Below, one piece after another: positions 1-11,154 of a stretch of 64,000 nt of DNA (positions are counted from its first letter, which is position 1; every line of letters begins with the position of its first letter). This DNA comes from an uncultured Bacteroidota bacterium (GTDB lineage: Bacteria > Bacteroidota > Ignavibacteria > UBA10030 > UBA6906), in the NCBI GenBank assembly GCA_963700635.1, contig CAVOYH010000005.1, forward strand, positions 32,001 through 96,000. The letters run 5' to 3'. Position numbers and translations under genes: made by a program. The notes under the pieces are model-generated. The model was given only the letters and a program-made list of their open reading frames with translations, was not told the DNA's origin and did not search any database.

Positions 1-885
1 GCCGTCACTCAAAGGCAGTTGTTCCACTGCTCCCGATGACCGCACAAGATAGGGGAGATTGTGGCCGCCGTTGCTGTACTGTACCTCGCCGGTGTGCGTG
101 TTCAGGATTCCGAAGAACAGGGTAACAAAGGTTGATGAATCACTCTCGGGTATCATCATCGTGTTAAACTTGCGCAACACTTCGCCCGGGTTGACGATCT
201 GGTAGGCGATCGCTTTCAGGAGTGTCCGGCACACTGCCATGTAAATTGCGGCCGGAATTCCCTTGCCCGAGACGTCTCCTACTGCGAAGGCAAGGCGATC
301 CTCATCGATGAAATAGAAGTCGTAGAAATCGCCCCCCACTTCCTTCGCCGCCAGCATATCCGCGTACACATCAATTTCAGGGCGTGCCGGGAAGGGGGGA
401 AAAACCTTCGGCAACAGTGATTGTTGTATCCGTGTTGCGGTGCTCAGGTCGCGCTGGACAGCCAGAAGTTCGTCCCGCGCCGTCAGCGCATGCCTGATCA
501 GGTCAAGCTGCTGCAATGTCTTCTGGACGGTGAGATCGAGGTCTGTGAAGTCGATCGGTTTTGTCAGAAAATCGAACGCGCCCCGGTTCATCGCCGTACG
601 GATATTATCCATGTCGCCGTACGCGGAAATAATCACCGACTTGAGCCCGGGATCGTTCTTCTCGCTGATTTTCTGCAGTAACGTGAGTCCATCCATTTCG
701 GGCATGTTGATGTCCGAAAGGACGAGGGAAATATCCTGATGCTGGTCCATCTTCTCGAGGGCCTGCACCCCGTTCTGCGCGAATTCAAAAAGTAATTCGT
801 TTTCCCGGATCTGCTTCCGGAACCGCTGTCTGATCAGGATCTCCAGATCCGGTTCATCATCCACGACAAGTATTTTTGGCGGCAT
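1..885 (-). CDS. Response regulator receiver fused to PP2C/SpoIIE (RsbU-like) phosphatase, 3' end beyond window
   Basis: Manual translation from ATG at 885: MPPKILVVDDEPD...SDINMPEMDG...FDFLTKPID (REC), then AKEVGGDFYDF...GDVSGKGIPAA (SpoIIE motifs). Open to the window edge, so absent from the ORF track. Confidence 0.92.
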   Translation of the reverse strand, partial: MPPKILVVDDEPDLEILIRQRFRKQIRENELLFEFAQNGVQALEKMDQHQDISLVLSDINMPEMDGLTLLQKISEKNDPGLKSVIISAYGDMDNIRTAMNRGAFDFLTKPIDFTDLDLTVQKTLQQLDLIRHALTARDELLAVQRDLSTATRIQQSLLPKVFPPFPARPEIDVYADMLAAKEVGGDFYDFYFIDEDRLAFAVGDVSGKGIPAAIYMAVCRTLLKAIAYQIVNPGEVLRKFNTMMIPESDSSTFVTLFFGILNTHTGEVQYSNGGHNLPYLVRSSGAVEQLPLSDG

Positions 886-908
886 GCATCATCCTTTGAG
901 TACAACAA

Positions 909-1301
909 TTAGGAAACCCGGGTCTCATGGTCGTCCATGTCCAGGACATTCTTCTTTACCTCATCAAAGTCGATCGGCTTGGTGAAGTAGTGTTCTGCAC
1001 CCTTTGACATGGCATGTTTAAAATTGACTTCATCACCGTACGCCGTGATCATGGATACACGTATCGCCGGGTACTTCTCTTTGACAACTTTGAGCAGGTC
1101 AAGCCCGGTAATGCCGGGCATGTTGATATCCGAGAGGATGCACACGACGTCGGGGGGCTGCACCGTTTCAAGATAGTCCAGCGCTTCTTCACCCGAAAAG
1201 GCATAACAGAGCTGAACCCGTCCGTCGCGGATCTCCTTGCGGAACTGCTGGCGAAAGAGGATTTCAACATCTTTTTCATCGTCCACGATCATGATCTTCA
1301 T
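909..1301 (-). CDS. Single-domain response regulator (CheY-like)
   Basis: IMIVDDE, SDINMPG and TKP receiver motifs. Confidence 0.93.
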   Translation of the reverse strand: MKIMIVDDEKDVEILFRQQFRKEIRDGRVQLCYAFSGEEALDYLETVQPPDVVCILSDINMPGITGLDLLKVVKEKYPAIRVSMITAYGDEVNFKHAMSKGAEHYFTKPIDFDEVKKNVLDMDDHETRVS

Positions 1302-4300
1302 GCTGAGCCTCCGTTGCCCGGGTGTCGCGGGATCGTGATGATGAACTCGGTGTACTGTCCCTCCACGGTGTCGATGCGGATCTCGCCCTTGTGTTCCTGG
1401 GTGATAATATCATAGGAGAGCGAGAGCCCCAGACCGGTTCCTGCGCCCGCAGGCTTGGTGGTAAAGAACGGATTAAAGATCTTCTCCCGGATCGCGAGAG
1501 GGATACCGTTTCCGTTGTCCCGGATGCGGATTTCAACGGATCCGTTGAGATTCTTCGCGCTGACACGCACGACGGGGGAAAACCCGTTTTTTGCAGTCTT
1601 CCGTTTGTCGTTCGCGGCATAACAGGCGTTGTTCACGATGTTCAGAAACGCCCGGCTGAGGTCCTGTGGTATGAGATTTACCTTGCCGATTGCGGGATCA
1701 AAATCGGTTTCAATCTTCACGTTAAAGGACTGGTCCTGGGCTCTCATGCCATGGTAGGCCAGATTGGTGTACTCGGCAAGGAGGGCGTTAAGATCGGTCT
1801 CCATACGTTCATCCGATCTGCCCCGCGAATGAAGCAGCATCCCCCGGACAATACTGTCCGCCCGCTTGCCATGCTCGTTGATCTTTCCCACGTTCTGCTC
1901 CAGGTCGTCCAGCAGCCCGCTGATCTCTTTTGCCCTCTTCGGATCAACGCGGTCCCGTTCGGCGTGAAGCTCCTGCCGGAGATCCTTCGTGAGGTCATGG
2001 GACAGTACCGCGAAGTTTGTAATAAAATTCAGCGGGTTTTTGATCTCATGGGCGATCCCCGCCGTCAACTGCCCGAGGGATGCCATCTTCTCGGAGAGAA
2101 TGAGCTGGTTTTGCGTCTCTTTCAGGTTGGAGAGAGTCTTCTGCAGCTCACCCGTCCTGTCCTGAACAAGATGCTCGAGTTCCGCTTTTCGCTTTTTCAG
2201 GCTGCGCATCCGGTAGAAATAAAACGTAGGCCCCGCCGTCAGAAACGTGAATATGGCGAGTCCGAGAAACCAGCCTGTCTGGTAGAAATAGGGTTTGAGC
2301 TCAAACCCGATCGATGCACCTGTGGTGTTCCAGACGCCGTCATTGTTCGCTGCGAGGACACGGAAGGTGTATTCGCCCGGATCGAGATGTGTGTAGTATG
2401 CGTCGCGCCGCGTGCCGGCATCGACCCAGTCCTTGTCCAGCCCGACAAGCTGATATTTGTACGTGACCTTTTCCGACCCGACAAAGCTGATACCCGCGTA
2501 GTGGAACTCGAACCGGTTGCTGCCTGCAGGAATCTCGATCGGGGCTCCGGTGTTGAAATCGCGTCCCTTCAACGATGAACCGGTCAATGACAACCGGCGG
2601 GGGGATGTCATTGATGGTGATGTCTGAGGGATTTACCACGGCGAGACCCTTCGTCGTGGCGAAACAGAGGCGGCCGTCCTGCGTCTTCCAGCCGGTGGGG
2701 TAATACCCTCCGTTACACTCGATCGTTTCCATTCCGTCGGCTGTTCCGTACACCGAACAGGTGAGCCGGGAGGCCTTCCCGTCGGCCACATCGTTCAAGT
2801 CCTGCTTCTTCGCACGATAGACCCCCTTGTTGGATGACATCCAGAGATACCCCGCATCGTCCTCCAGGAGCGTGTAGGACGTATAATCAAAGAGGCCCTC
2901 CCGCGGAGAGATGTTTGCGAATACTCCATTTTTGTACCGGTAAAGGCCGTGGTTTGAGGCGCCCAGCCAGAGAGTTCCGTCCGGGTCCTGATGGGAAGCC
3001 ATGATCCAGCCGCCGGGATATCCCTGTTTTTTGCCGAGCGGCTCGAGCACGCCGTCCCGGTACCAGAAGTTTCCGCCGGCGGTACAAATCCAGAGGGTGC
3101 CGTGCACATCCTCAAACATGTTGCTGATAAATGTTCGATTTGTTGAGACGCTGTCCAGTGCAGCTATCAAAGCGAATTTCCCGTTGCTGTATGCATAGAC
3201 ACGGCTTCGCGACGCAACGAGCCACGCACCCGATTTCCGCCGCACGAATGCATTCCCGATGATATCCGGAGTGCCGTCCAGCACCTTCGCCCGTTTTGTG
3301 ATTGTTCCATTTCTGTACGTACACACACCCTGTGGTGTTCCAATCCAGAGAGTTCCCTCCGCGTCCTCGGCCAGCGCGAGCACATCATTCGCGGCAAGGC
3401 CATGCCGTGTATCGAGCACTGTGAGAGCGCCGTTGGCGAGTCGGTTGAGGCCTCCATACGTTGTCCCGATCCAGATCGCGCCATTTCTGTCCTGTATGAC
3501 CGACTGGACATTGTCGTAGCTGAGCCCGACCTTGGACGAGTAGGTCACGAATTTCTCATCCCGGAACCGATCCACACCGCCACCGAAAGTGCTCACCCAG
3601 ATGCTTCCCTCGTTGTCGATGAGCATTCGCTGGACCGCGTTGTCCGAGAGTCCGTCCGATTGCTGATATTTTTCAATCTTGCCCCCGGCATACCTGGCAA
3701 TTCCCTTGTTGGTCACCAGCCAGAGGCTTCCCTGGCGGTCCTCATGGATTTCGTGTATGGAGTTTTCATCCCTGTCAGCGGAAATCGTAATGGAGGAAAA
3801 TGTACCGCCGCTGAACCTGTTCAGTCCGGCATCTGTGGCAAACCAGATGCTTCCATCCCTGGCTTCGGCGGCATCCCGGAGGATCGGACTTGAAAGCGCG
3901 TTCTTTTTCGGATACCGTGTGAATGTTGTGCCGTCATAGGATATCAGATCCCTTCGGCCGTGCATCCAGATTGTGCCGCGGGAGTCTTCATACACATTTC
4001 CGAGCCCTTTGATGCGGAAGATCATGGTGTCAGGGAAATCTGTCCGGCCGGTTAATGTCTCGATGGTTCCATCGCGCAAGCGGGCGAATCCCCGCGGGGT
4101 ACTGACCCAGACTGTCCCCTTGCTGTCAGCGCTCAGCGCAAAAACCGTGTCAGACGGCAGTCCGTCGCGCGTTGTGTAGGTCCGTGTAAACCGGTCGTTT
4201 GAAAAAACGCTGAGTCCGCGTGTCGAGCCGATCCACACCGATCCGGAGGAATCAACCGTCCAGGCCCGGGTATCATTGCTCGGCAGGCCGTTTGTGGTAT

Positions 4301-4697
4301 CATACGTGAAAAAGGTCCCATTCAGGTATCGGAAGAGTCTCGGGGTGATGCCGTTTGGCCGTCCCCAGATCCCACCCTCACGATCTTCCAGCAACGCGAC
4401 GACCCACGAATCATCAAGTTCCGGTGTGGTTGTCCGGTCGAACACGGTGAACTGAACCCCGTCGAACCGGGCTATTCCTTCCTGCGTTGCAAACCAGATA
4501 TATCCGTCTTTCGATTGAATGATGTCGGAGGCGGAATTCTGCGGGAGACCGTTGGCGGTGGTCCAGGTCTGGTGCACATATTGTTTTATGGATTTTTGCT
4601 GCGCGTCAGCAGCGGATGTCAGGCCGCAGACGAGGGCAAGGAGGAGAAAAGGAAGAATCCTCATCGGATTGGTCAGGTGAACGGTGGTCTCCCGCAT
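1298..4697 (-). CDS. Sensor histidine kinase with beta-propeller (two-component regulator propeller) and Y_Y_Y domains; split by a +1 frameshift near 2565-2567
   Basis: ORF 2340..5000 has a signal peptide and GL[PS]xN...D..G.IW repeats. ORF 1298..2611 has the Y_Y_Y domain, a TM helix, H-box AHEIKNPLN and G-boxes. Removing one base from ccc at 2565-67 joins them as ...[15 protein letters not shown]. Start is 4697 (AGGAG upstream) or 4664. Confidence 0.88.
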
Positions 4698-5310
4698 TGT
4701 ACCGGTCGCTCCTTGATTGGTGGTCGTGCCGTGTGTCTGCGGGTCTCCCTGCAGACGTCCAGTGAAGTCTGAAATCGGTGTTGTTGTTTGGTACTGTACG
4801 TTGGTGCCAGATATCCTGTCAGAGCGGCATGGGCGGGAACCCGGGGATGTGTCAGCCGAACCCTTTCGGGTGCTGAAAGGGAATATACGCTGTGAAACCG
4901 GATGGGCAGATGGAAGCAGGTGCGACCCGGTTGACATCATCGAAAAGGTAACGAATGTGGATGTCGGGTTGGCATCAGGTCGCTGGACTTTCAATTTCAA
5001 GAACGGTGGATAAGGAGTAAAAACTCCCCATTGGATACGAAAATCTCAGGTTGGAATCAATGCTTTTCTGGGCCCCTTAACTGCCTGGCGCGGAGCTGAA
5101 GTGGACCTACTCCGGCTACAAATAATGAACGTTTCCGGGGGGAAAATCGTTCCCCCGGAATCACATTACGGCCGGAGCCGGGGGGGGCGCGGTGGCATAC
5201 GGTGCGTTACAGAGATGGGTACAGGGGATCTGTGAGTACATCGGCTGGTGTCATCGGTTGGTCTCGGCGGTGGTCACGGGGTGCTACGTCAGTCCTACGA
5301 GCAGAGTGCG

Positions 5311-5622
5311 TTAATCCAGCGCACCCCTGAAATATGAAAGATGTGCCTGACAGCGGCACTTCTTGTCCCAGGGTTCCGGACACTGCTTGATCAAACTGAC
5401 CGCGGCCTCCCCCGTTTCGCGCGGAATCGGTCCGTCATATCTGACCGTTTCATCCCCCAGAAACGGCTCGTAATAGATTTCCACCGTATAGACCCCGCAG
5501 GGCCCGCAGAAAAAGTACGACTCGGTGTATTCATCCCCCATGATACTCCCGGACATGGAAGCGGCGCACGGTTGTTCTTTTCTGGGTGGGAATTCAATTC
5601 CGCACTGCAAGCATCTGACCAT
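5311..5622 (-). CDS. Small Cys-rich hypothetical protein, probably metal-binding
   Basis: CxxC...C...CxxC...C...CxCxxH pattern in 103 aa. Confidence 0.7.
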   Translation of the reverse strand: MVRCLQCGIEFPPRKEQPCAASMSGSIMGDEYTESYFFCGPCGVYTVEIYYEPFLGDETVRYDGPIPRETGEAAVSLIKQCPEPWDKKCRCQAHLSYFRGALD

Positions 5623-5655
5623 CGGGGACTCCCGATTGGATGTACATGCGTGGAT

Positions 5656-6025
5656 TCATTTGGTCCACCAGTCCCTCAGCATCAGCGGAAGGGTTAGAAC
5701 GGTAACGCCCAGGATCACAATCCACGCGATGTACGATATCAAGCGTTCCTGTTCCCGGAAGAACTTCACCAATACAACGTCGCCATTGCCAATGGCCGTT
5801 TGCAGATGGGTGAACAGCCGGAGAAACAGGGGGATGATTGCGAAACTGAGAACCAGGAAGAGAACGCCAAACACTACCAGAAAAGTCTTGGCCATGACCG
5901 GTAATCCTTCCCCGGCTACCGGAGGGTTGGGAATCTTCGATGATACTCCCCACTATACCGGCGATGATCATCAGCACAAATGCCCCTCCGGCCAGAACCA
6001 TGAAGATCCGGATATTTGGGAACAT
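5656..6025 (-). CDS. Small three-TM membrane protein, frameshifted near 5930
   Basis: Hydrophobic N-terminus of ORF 5594..6025 continues into ORF 5656..5895 if one base of ggg at 5929-31 is removed. Confidence 0.6.
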
Positions 6026-6118
6026 CGCCAGAGTCCTCCGATGATTGATCGAAAAACTGTACGCCGCCGTATTTCGTGTTCAGGGGCACGTCATACGGTG
6101 TTGCGGTGGTGTTGCCGA

Positions 6119-7471
6119 TCAGAGCTTATGCAGGAGCGACTGCGCTATACTCAGAACAAGGAAGAAACCGCACATGTCTGTGATCGTTGTCAGGATAGGC
6201 CCCGATGCAAGTGCGGGATCAACCCGGATTTTCTTCAGCAGCAGAGGAACCGACCCGCCAATCACCACAGAGAGGAGGGTGTTGGCTGCGAGCGCCGATG
6301 CCACGACGAACGAGAGGTAGAAGTTTCCCTTCCACAAAAATGCTGTGGCTCCCAACAGGATCCCCAATGTAATGCCGTTCGCCAGTCCCACCCAGGATTC
6401 TTTCATGACCACCCGGCCGAATTCGCCGGGTTTGATCAGTCCGAGGGCCAGTTCACGGATGCTGACCGCGACGGCCTGGTTCCCTGAACAGCCGCTCATA
6501 TCGGAGATGACCGGCAGGAATACGGCAAGGGCTATCGCTGCCTGCAGTGTATCCTGATAGAATGCGATCACGCTGGCGGCGAGGATGTTAAGCGCAATGT
6601 TGGGGCCGAGCCATGCGAGACGCCTCAATATGCGGCGGGAGAGCGGGGAAGAGCGGATTTCTTCGCCGCCGAGAATACCGCTCATCCGGAGGAAGGAATT
6701 CCTTACCTGTTGCCTCCGCGCATCATCCACAGCTGCCCGCTCCACAATGCCTCTCAGGTGGCCCTGGGAGTCCACCACGGGAACGCCCATGAATGAGTGG
6801 TCTTCGAACAGGTTTATCAGATCGCTGAGTGATGTGTCAACGGTAACATGAAGGGGTTCCGAAATCATCAGTTGCGTGACGATCCTGTCGCGGGGAGCGA
6901 GCAGCAGGTCGCGCATCCTGAGCACGCCCATCAGCTGCCCGACGGTATCTGTGACATACAGGTACTGCACCAGAAATTCTGCATACCGCTCGCTGTTTCG
7001 TTCCAGATCCGCGATGATATCCCCGACCGTCGTTGTTGAGGGGTATGCAACATACTCCGATGTCATGAGTCCGCCCGCTTTGTCGGCGGGATAACTCAGG
7101 AACTTACGTGCCTGCTCGGCATGCACGTTTGGCATCGCCAAAAGGATGGCTTCCGCGTCGGAAGAGCTGATGTCGCCCAGAATATCCGCCTGTTCGTCCG
7201 CAGGCAGCAGGTCGACGATAGCAGCGGCGGCAGAAGGGGACATTTCTGTGATCACTCCCGCCGCCTGTTCATCGGAAAGGTCCCGCAAGAGATCGGCGGC
7301 TTCATCCGGCGACAGCAAAGCGATAAGCCGGCCCCGCATCTCGTCGTCGAGTCGCGACATTGCGAGAGCAGTCTCGACAGGTGTGAGGTTCTCGATGAAC
7401 GCCTCCGCCTCTTCCGCCTTGCCGCGTTCAATCACCTCGATAAGTCTATCCCACGACTCAGCAATTCTCAT
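6119..7471 (-). CDS. mgtE: Magnesium transporter MgtE
   Basis: MgtE_N domain, tandem CBS (AGGLMTSEY), TM domain with MSGCSGNQ and DPALASGPILTTITD. Confidence 0.95.
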   Translation of the reverse strand: MRIAESWDRLIEVIERGKAEEAEAFIENLTPVETALAMSRLDDEMRGRLIALLSPDEAADLLRDLSDEQAAGVITEMSPSAAAAIVDLLPADEQADILGDISSSDAEAILLAMPNVHAEQARKFLSYPADKAGGLMTSEYVAYPSTTTVGDIIADLERNSERYAEFLVQYLYVTDTVGQLMGVLRMRDLLLAPRDRIVTQLMISEPLHVTVDTSLSDLINLFEDHSFMGVPVVDSQGHLRGIVERAAVDDARRQQVRNSFLRMSGILGGEEIRSSPLSRRILRRLAWLGPNIALNILAASVIAFYQDTLQAAIALAVFLPVISDMSGCSGNQAVAVSIRELALGLIKPGEFGRVVMKESWVGLANGITLGILLGATAFLWKGNFYLSFVVASALAANTLLSVVIGGSVPLLLKKIRVDPALASGPILTTITDMCGFFLVLSIAQSLLHKL

Positions 7472-7579
7472 CGTCTATGCCTCCAGTGCGTATCCGTCCA
7501 GTGCGCTGCAGATCCTGTGCGTGTTTGAATGTGCAATGATTTCGGTGGAGTGTCAATGCCGGGTTGGTACTATTTTCCG

Positions 7580-9346
7580 TCACGGTACCTGTAAGGTCAT
7601 GCCGTCCCCCCGTTGGTACCGTCCGGGAATGGTGACCGGAAGTCGTCCACGCGAAGTAATCCTCCCTGTAATCACCTTCGCAACGGATCGCTCTGCGAGA
7701 ACGGTCCCATTGAATGGCGTCATGACAACCTGTGTCTCCGGAAGCTTGCCAAGGACATACGGATCACCAAACGCAACGAGGATGACGGGCTTGGTGTATG
7801 TCCCCAGGGAGTGGAGGAAATCGTCCAGCGGTTTTGCAAATTGCCGCTCCCCGTGCCAGGCGATGACGGAGAGGTAAATGCCTACCAGCAGCACGTCGGC
7901 CTGTCTTGCCGACGACCGGATCTTTTCAAAGCGTTCTGTTCCCGTCTCATTGGAAACGCGCGTGAGCGTAGCTTCTGCAACAACCTGGTGTATCTCGTCA
8001 AGAAGATCCGTGCCAATCTGTGGAGATGGTTCCTCGGTGACGGTGACGATATGAACGCGGGCAGTTGGGGGGAGGGGGAGGATCTGCCCCGCATTTCTCA
8101 GGAGCGTGACCGATGCGTCTGAGATCTCCTCCGCAATACTCTGAGATGCAGGGGCACCGACAACCGTGAAGACCGAATCGATGTTTACCGTCCTGTTCTC
8201 TGCCAGACCGGCCCAGGCCTTTGCCGTAAGCACTCTTCTCACCGAGGTGTCGATCCGTTCTTCTGAAATACGTCCGGTCCGTACCGCAGTGTGAAGCCCC
8301 ATCCATGCTTCCTCGATGTCCTCCGGCGCGAGAACCGCATCGGCGCCCGCTTCGATGGCGCTTACGGCCGCTTCCGAAGGGGAAAAATGATCGGTGATCC
8401 CCTGCATCCTCATTCCGTCCGTCACAATCAGTCCGTCGAATCCGATCTGGTTCCTCAGGATGCCGGTAAGGACAGGGCGGGAGAGAGTTGCCGGGCGGCC
8501 CGTGGGGTCTATCTTCGGCAGGGCAAGATGGGCAGTCATGACCGCCATGGCCCCAGCAATAATCCCCCGCCAGAACGGCACCAATTCAACGGTGTTCATG
8601 CGGCTTAAGTCGAAGGCAAGTGAGGGGAGGCCCATGTGCGTGTCCTCCCGCGTGTCGCCGTGGCCCGGGAAGTGTTTCAACGTCGCAATCATGCCGGATT
8701 CCTGGGCTCCGCGGACGTATGCCTCGACCATGCCCGCGACGATCTCCGGATCCTCACCGTAGGAGCGCGTGTTGATGATCGGGTTGTCGGGATTGTTGTT
8801 CACATCGGCAACGGGGGAATTGCTCCAGTGGATCCCCACGGCCCGTGCTTCCCGGGCGGTGATTCGACCGAACTCATACGCATAGCGCGGATTTCCCGTG
8901 GCGCCGATCGCCATCTGCGAGGGGAACTGAGTTCCGCCCCCTGCTATGTATTTCGGGAGCTTGTCGGTCCACCCGCGGGATAGGCGCCATGGGCGGGTAA
9001 ATGTCATCCCTGCTTCCAGGTCGGCGTTGATGAACAACGGGACTTTTGATGCTCGCTGGAGCTTGTTCGTGATCAGCGGGATGTCGAGCGCCCCTCCTCC
9101 GCCCAGGATGAATGTCCCGACGTGATAGCGGCGGATCATATCGAGGGCGAAACGGAATGCCGGGTGCTCTTCGTGGGTGTAGAGGGCCACGAGCTCACAG
9201 ACCAGGAGCTGGCCGACTTTCTCTTCAAGGCTGAGGGAGGCGAGGGTTGAATCCACCCATCGTGAGTGCCGGGCAGTGGAGGTCTGGCATGCCGAAGGGA
9301 ATGGAAGGTGAACCGCCAGGGTAAGGAGGGCGACGAGAAAGCGCAT
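7580..9346 (-). CDS. Glycoside hydrolase family 3, beta-N-acetylhexosaminidase-like, secreted
   Basis: Signal peptide; KHFPGHGDTREDTH motif (NagZ type); IVTDGMRM. Confidence 0.92.
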   Translation of the reverse strand: MRFLVALLTLAVHLPFPSACQTSTARHSRWVDSTLASLSLEEKVGQLLVCELVALYTHEEHPAFRFALDMIRRYHVGTFILGGGGALDIPLITNKLQRASKVPLFINADLEAGMTFTRPWRLSRGWTDKLPKYIAGGGTQFPSQMAIGATGNPRYAYEFGRITAREARAVGIHWSNSPVADVNNNPDNPIINTRSYGEDPEIVAGMVEAYVRGAQESGMIATLKHFPGHGDTREDTHMGLPSLAFDLSRMNTVELVPFWRGIIAGAMAVMTAHLALPKIDPTGRPATLSRPVLTGILRNQIGFDGLIVTDGMRMQGITDHFSPSEAAVSAIEAGADAVLAPEDIEEAWMGLHTAVRTGRISEERIDTSVRRVLTAKAWAGLAENRTVNIDSVFTVVGAPASQSIAEEISDASVTLLRNAGQILPLPPTARVHIVTVTEEPSPQIGTDLLDEIHQVVAEATLTRVSNETGTERFEKIRSSARQADVLLVGIYLSVIAWHGERQFAKPLDDFLHSLGTYTKPVILVAFGDPYVLGKLPETQVVMTPFNGTVLAERSVAKVITGRITSRGRLPVTIPGRYQRGDGMTLQVP

Positions 9347-9517
9347 GTCGAATTTCCGAAGAGTGGGGGTTGATCAGAACATAGCCATCGGGATGATCGT
9401 TGTCAACCCCTTGTAGGGGTATACTTCCTCCTCAGATCAGCGCATTGTGCCGCAGCTGCAACGTTTCTTCGTTGTCTTGTGTTAAAGATTGATATGTCAA
9501 CAAAGGAGTGAGTGGGT

Positions 9518-10012
9518 ATGACTGGATCACTGCAACATCCGCATGACCCCGGGCGCGCGCAACTCGTCCGGGCCGGACACGATATTGCCGGAGAGCATCG
9601 TGGACTCGGTATAAGTGTTATCGAATTCAAGGTGGTTCCGGGGGACAGCAGCGGTCTCCTTATTCTCGAAAATACATTCCACGCAAAAGGGGGCCCCCCC
9701 CGGCATGTGCACCTCAGCCAAGATGAATGGTTCCATGCCGTCGAAGGGGACTTTGTGCTGGAGGTTGGGGAGCAACAGTTCACGCTGCGACCGGGTGATT
9801 CTGTGCTTGCCCCCCGCATGATACCTCACGTGTGGGCACACGTCGGCGATGGGCGTGGCAGAATGCTGATCGCCTTTTCGCCCGCCGGCGACATGGAGGG
9901 ATTCTTTCGCGAAGTCACGATGGCGAACGCGATGCCGCCGCAACATCCGGAGGTCTGGCGGCGTCATGGGATGGAGTTGGTCGGACCGCCGCTTTCTGTA
10001 GACGCATTGTGA
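9518..10012 (+). CDS. Cupin domain protein
   Basis: GPPRHVHLSQDEWF and PRMIPH cupin motifs. Confidence 0.88.
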   Translation: MTGSLQHPHDPGRAQLVRAGHDIAGEHRGLGISVIEFKVVPGDSSGLLILENTFHAKGGPPRHVHLSQDEWFHAVEGDFVLEVGEQQFTLRPGDSVLAPRMIPHVWAHVGDGRGRMLIAFSPAGDMEGFFREVTMANAMPPQHPEVWRRHGMELVGPPLSVDAL

Positions 10013-10051
10013 GATGCTCTGTTCGGTCCGGCAGATTACTCATGTTGTAGC

Positions 10052-11041
10052 CTAGCGGTCTCTTGCAAATCTCCTCAAATAAAAGACATGGCCGTCGTAC
10101 TTTGTTTCCACGAGATCCCCCTCAGCCACCAGCCGATCAACAACATTCCAGGAAGATCCAGCCCGAGTTAAAAATGTGTTAACAGCCTCTTTTCTCATCG
10201 GGTGAACAGCGGTGATGCTCAGGATGTCTTTTTCAACATCGCCGGTAAAGGCAAACGTATCTCCCTCATAGCCGATCAGATATTCCACTCGCTCCACTTT
10301 GTCCGCAAGAATCTGATACGCCCGGTTGATGGTCTCTTCATCTGGCCTCCGAACCAGCCTCTCCGCCGGTGGGCGGGTGGGAATGCTCAGATAGGCCTGA
10401 GCCGGCTGAACCTGATGGAGAAAATCGGCTACCTCTTTCAGGCAGTCATCGTTGTCATTCAGCCCCCTGACGAGCATCGTTTCCGTCACCAGTTTTCCGG
10501 TGAAACTTTCAGCAAAGGAGAGTATTCCTTCCAGAATGTGGGACAGCCGGATTGCCCTGTGAGGCCGATTGATCCGTCGCCAGGTTTCTTCCTGGAGAGC
10601 ATCAACCTTCAGTGAAACCCAATCGGCCATGCCGAGTTCTTCTCTGACGTCATCGCGCCAGAGAAGGGAGCTGTTCGTGATCACCCCGACAGGGACATCC
10701 AGCGTCTTTAATAGCAGGATTTCCCTGCCCAGGTTAACGTCCAGAGTAGGCTCCCCGTCCGGCACAAAGGTGAGATAGTCTACTTGTTCCGACTTCTTCT
10801 TCGCTTCCGTCAACCTGATCTGCACGTCCCGAAAAATATCCTCGGGCGCATAGAAGAAACGGCGATCATTCTGCATCAGGGTGGTTCCCCCCACCTGACA
10901 GTAAACGCAGGAATAGGTGCATACCTTGGCCGGAATGTTATTGATACCCAGACTCTTTCCCAGACGACGTGAGGGAACGGGCCCATAAGAGTATCGGACG
11001 TTGCCTGTGGTCATAAGGTTTCTCCTGATGGGGGTTTCCAT
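10052..11041 (-). CDS. Radical SAM Fe-S oxidoreductase (COG0731-like)
   Basis: GPVPSRRLGKSLGIN, CTYSCVYC (CxxxCxxC), GEPTL. Confidence 0.92.
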   Translation of the reverse strand: METPIRRNLMTTGNVRYSYGPVPSRRLGKSLGINNIPAKVCTYSCVYCQVGGTTLMQNDRRFFYAPEDIFRDVQIRLTEAKKKSEQVDYLTFVPDGEPTLDVNLGREILLLKTLDVPVGVITNSSLLWRDDVREELGMADWVSLKVDALQEETWRRINRPHRAIRLSHILEGILSFAESFTGKLVTETMLVRGLNDNDDCLKEVADFLHQVQPAQAYLSIPTRPPAERLVRRPDEETINRAYQILADKVERVEYLIGYEGDTFAFTGDVEKDILSITAVHPMRKEAVNTFLTRAGSSWNVVDRLVAEGDLVETKYDGHVFYLRRFARDR

Positions 11042-11154
11042 CGGTATTCCGGTGGTGCCTCCATGTCGTTTTCCCGCGAGAAGGTCAGTTTATCATAGGC
11101 ATCCAGAAATCTTTGCAGAATGGGATGGGTGCCGACGATTTCTACCGTTTCTCT

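Noticed and set aside
4800-4940. Riboswitch upstream of the sensor kinase
   Set aside because: Only a small GNRA hairpin; no match to the c-di-GMP, c-di-AMP, TPP or cobalamin consensus that I can support.
5070-5215. Integron attC-like reading of the hairpin
   Set aside because: No properly paired RYYYAAC/GTTRRRY boxes, no array of sites, and no integron integrase.
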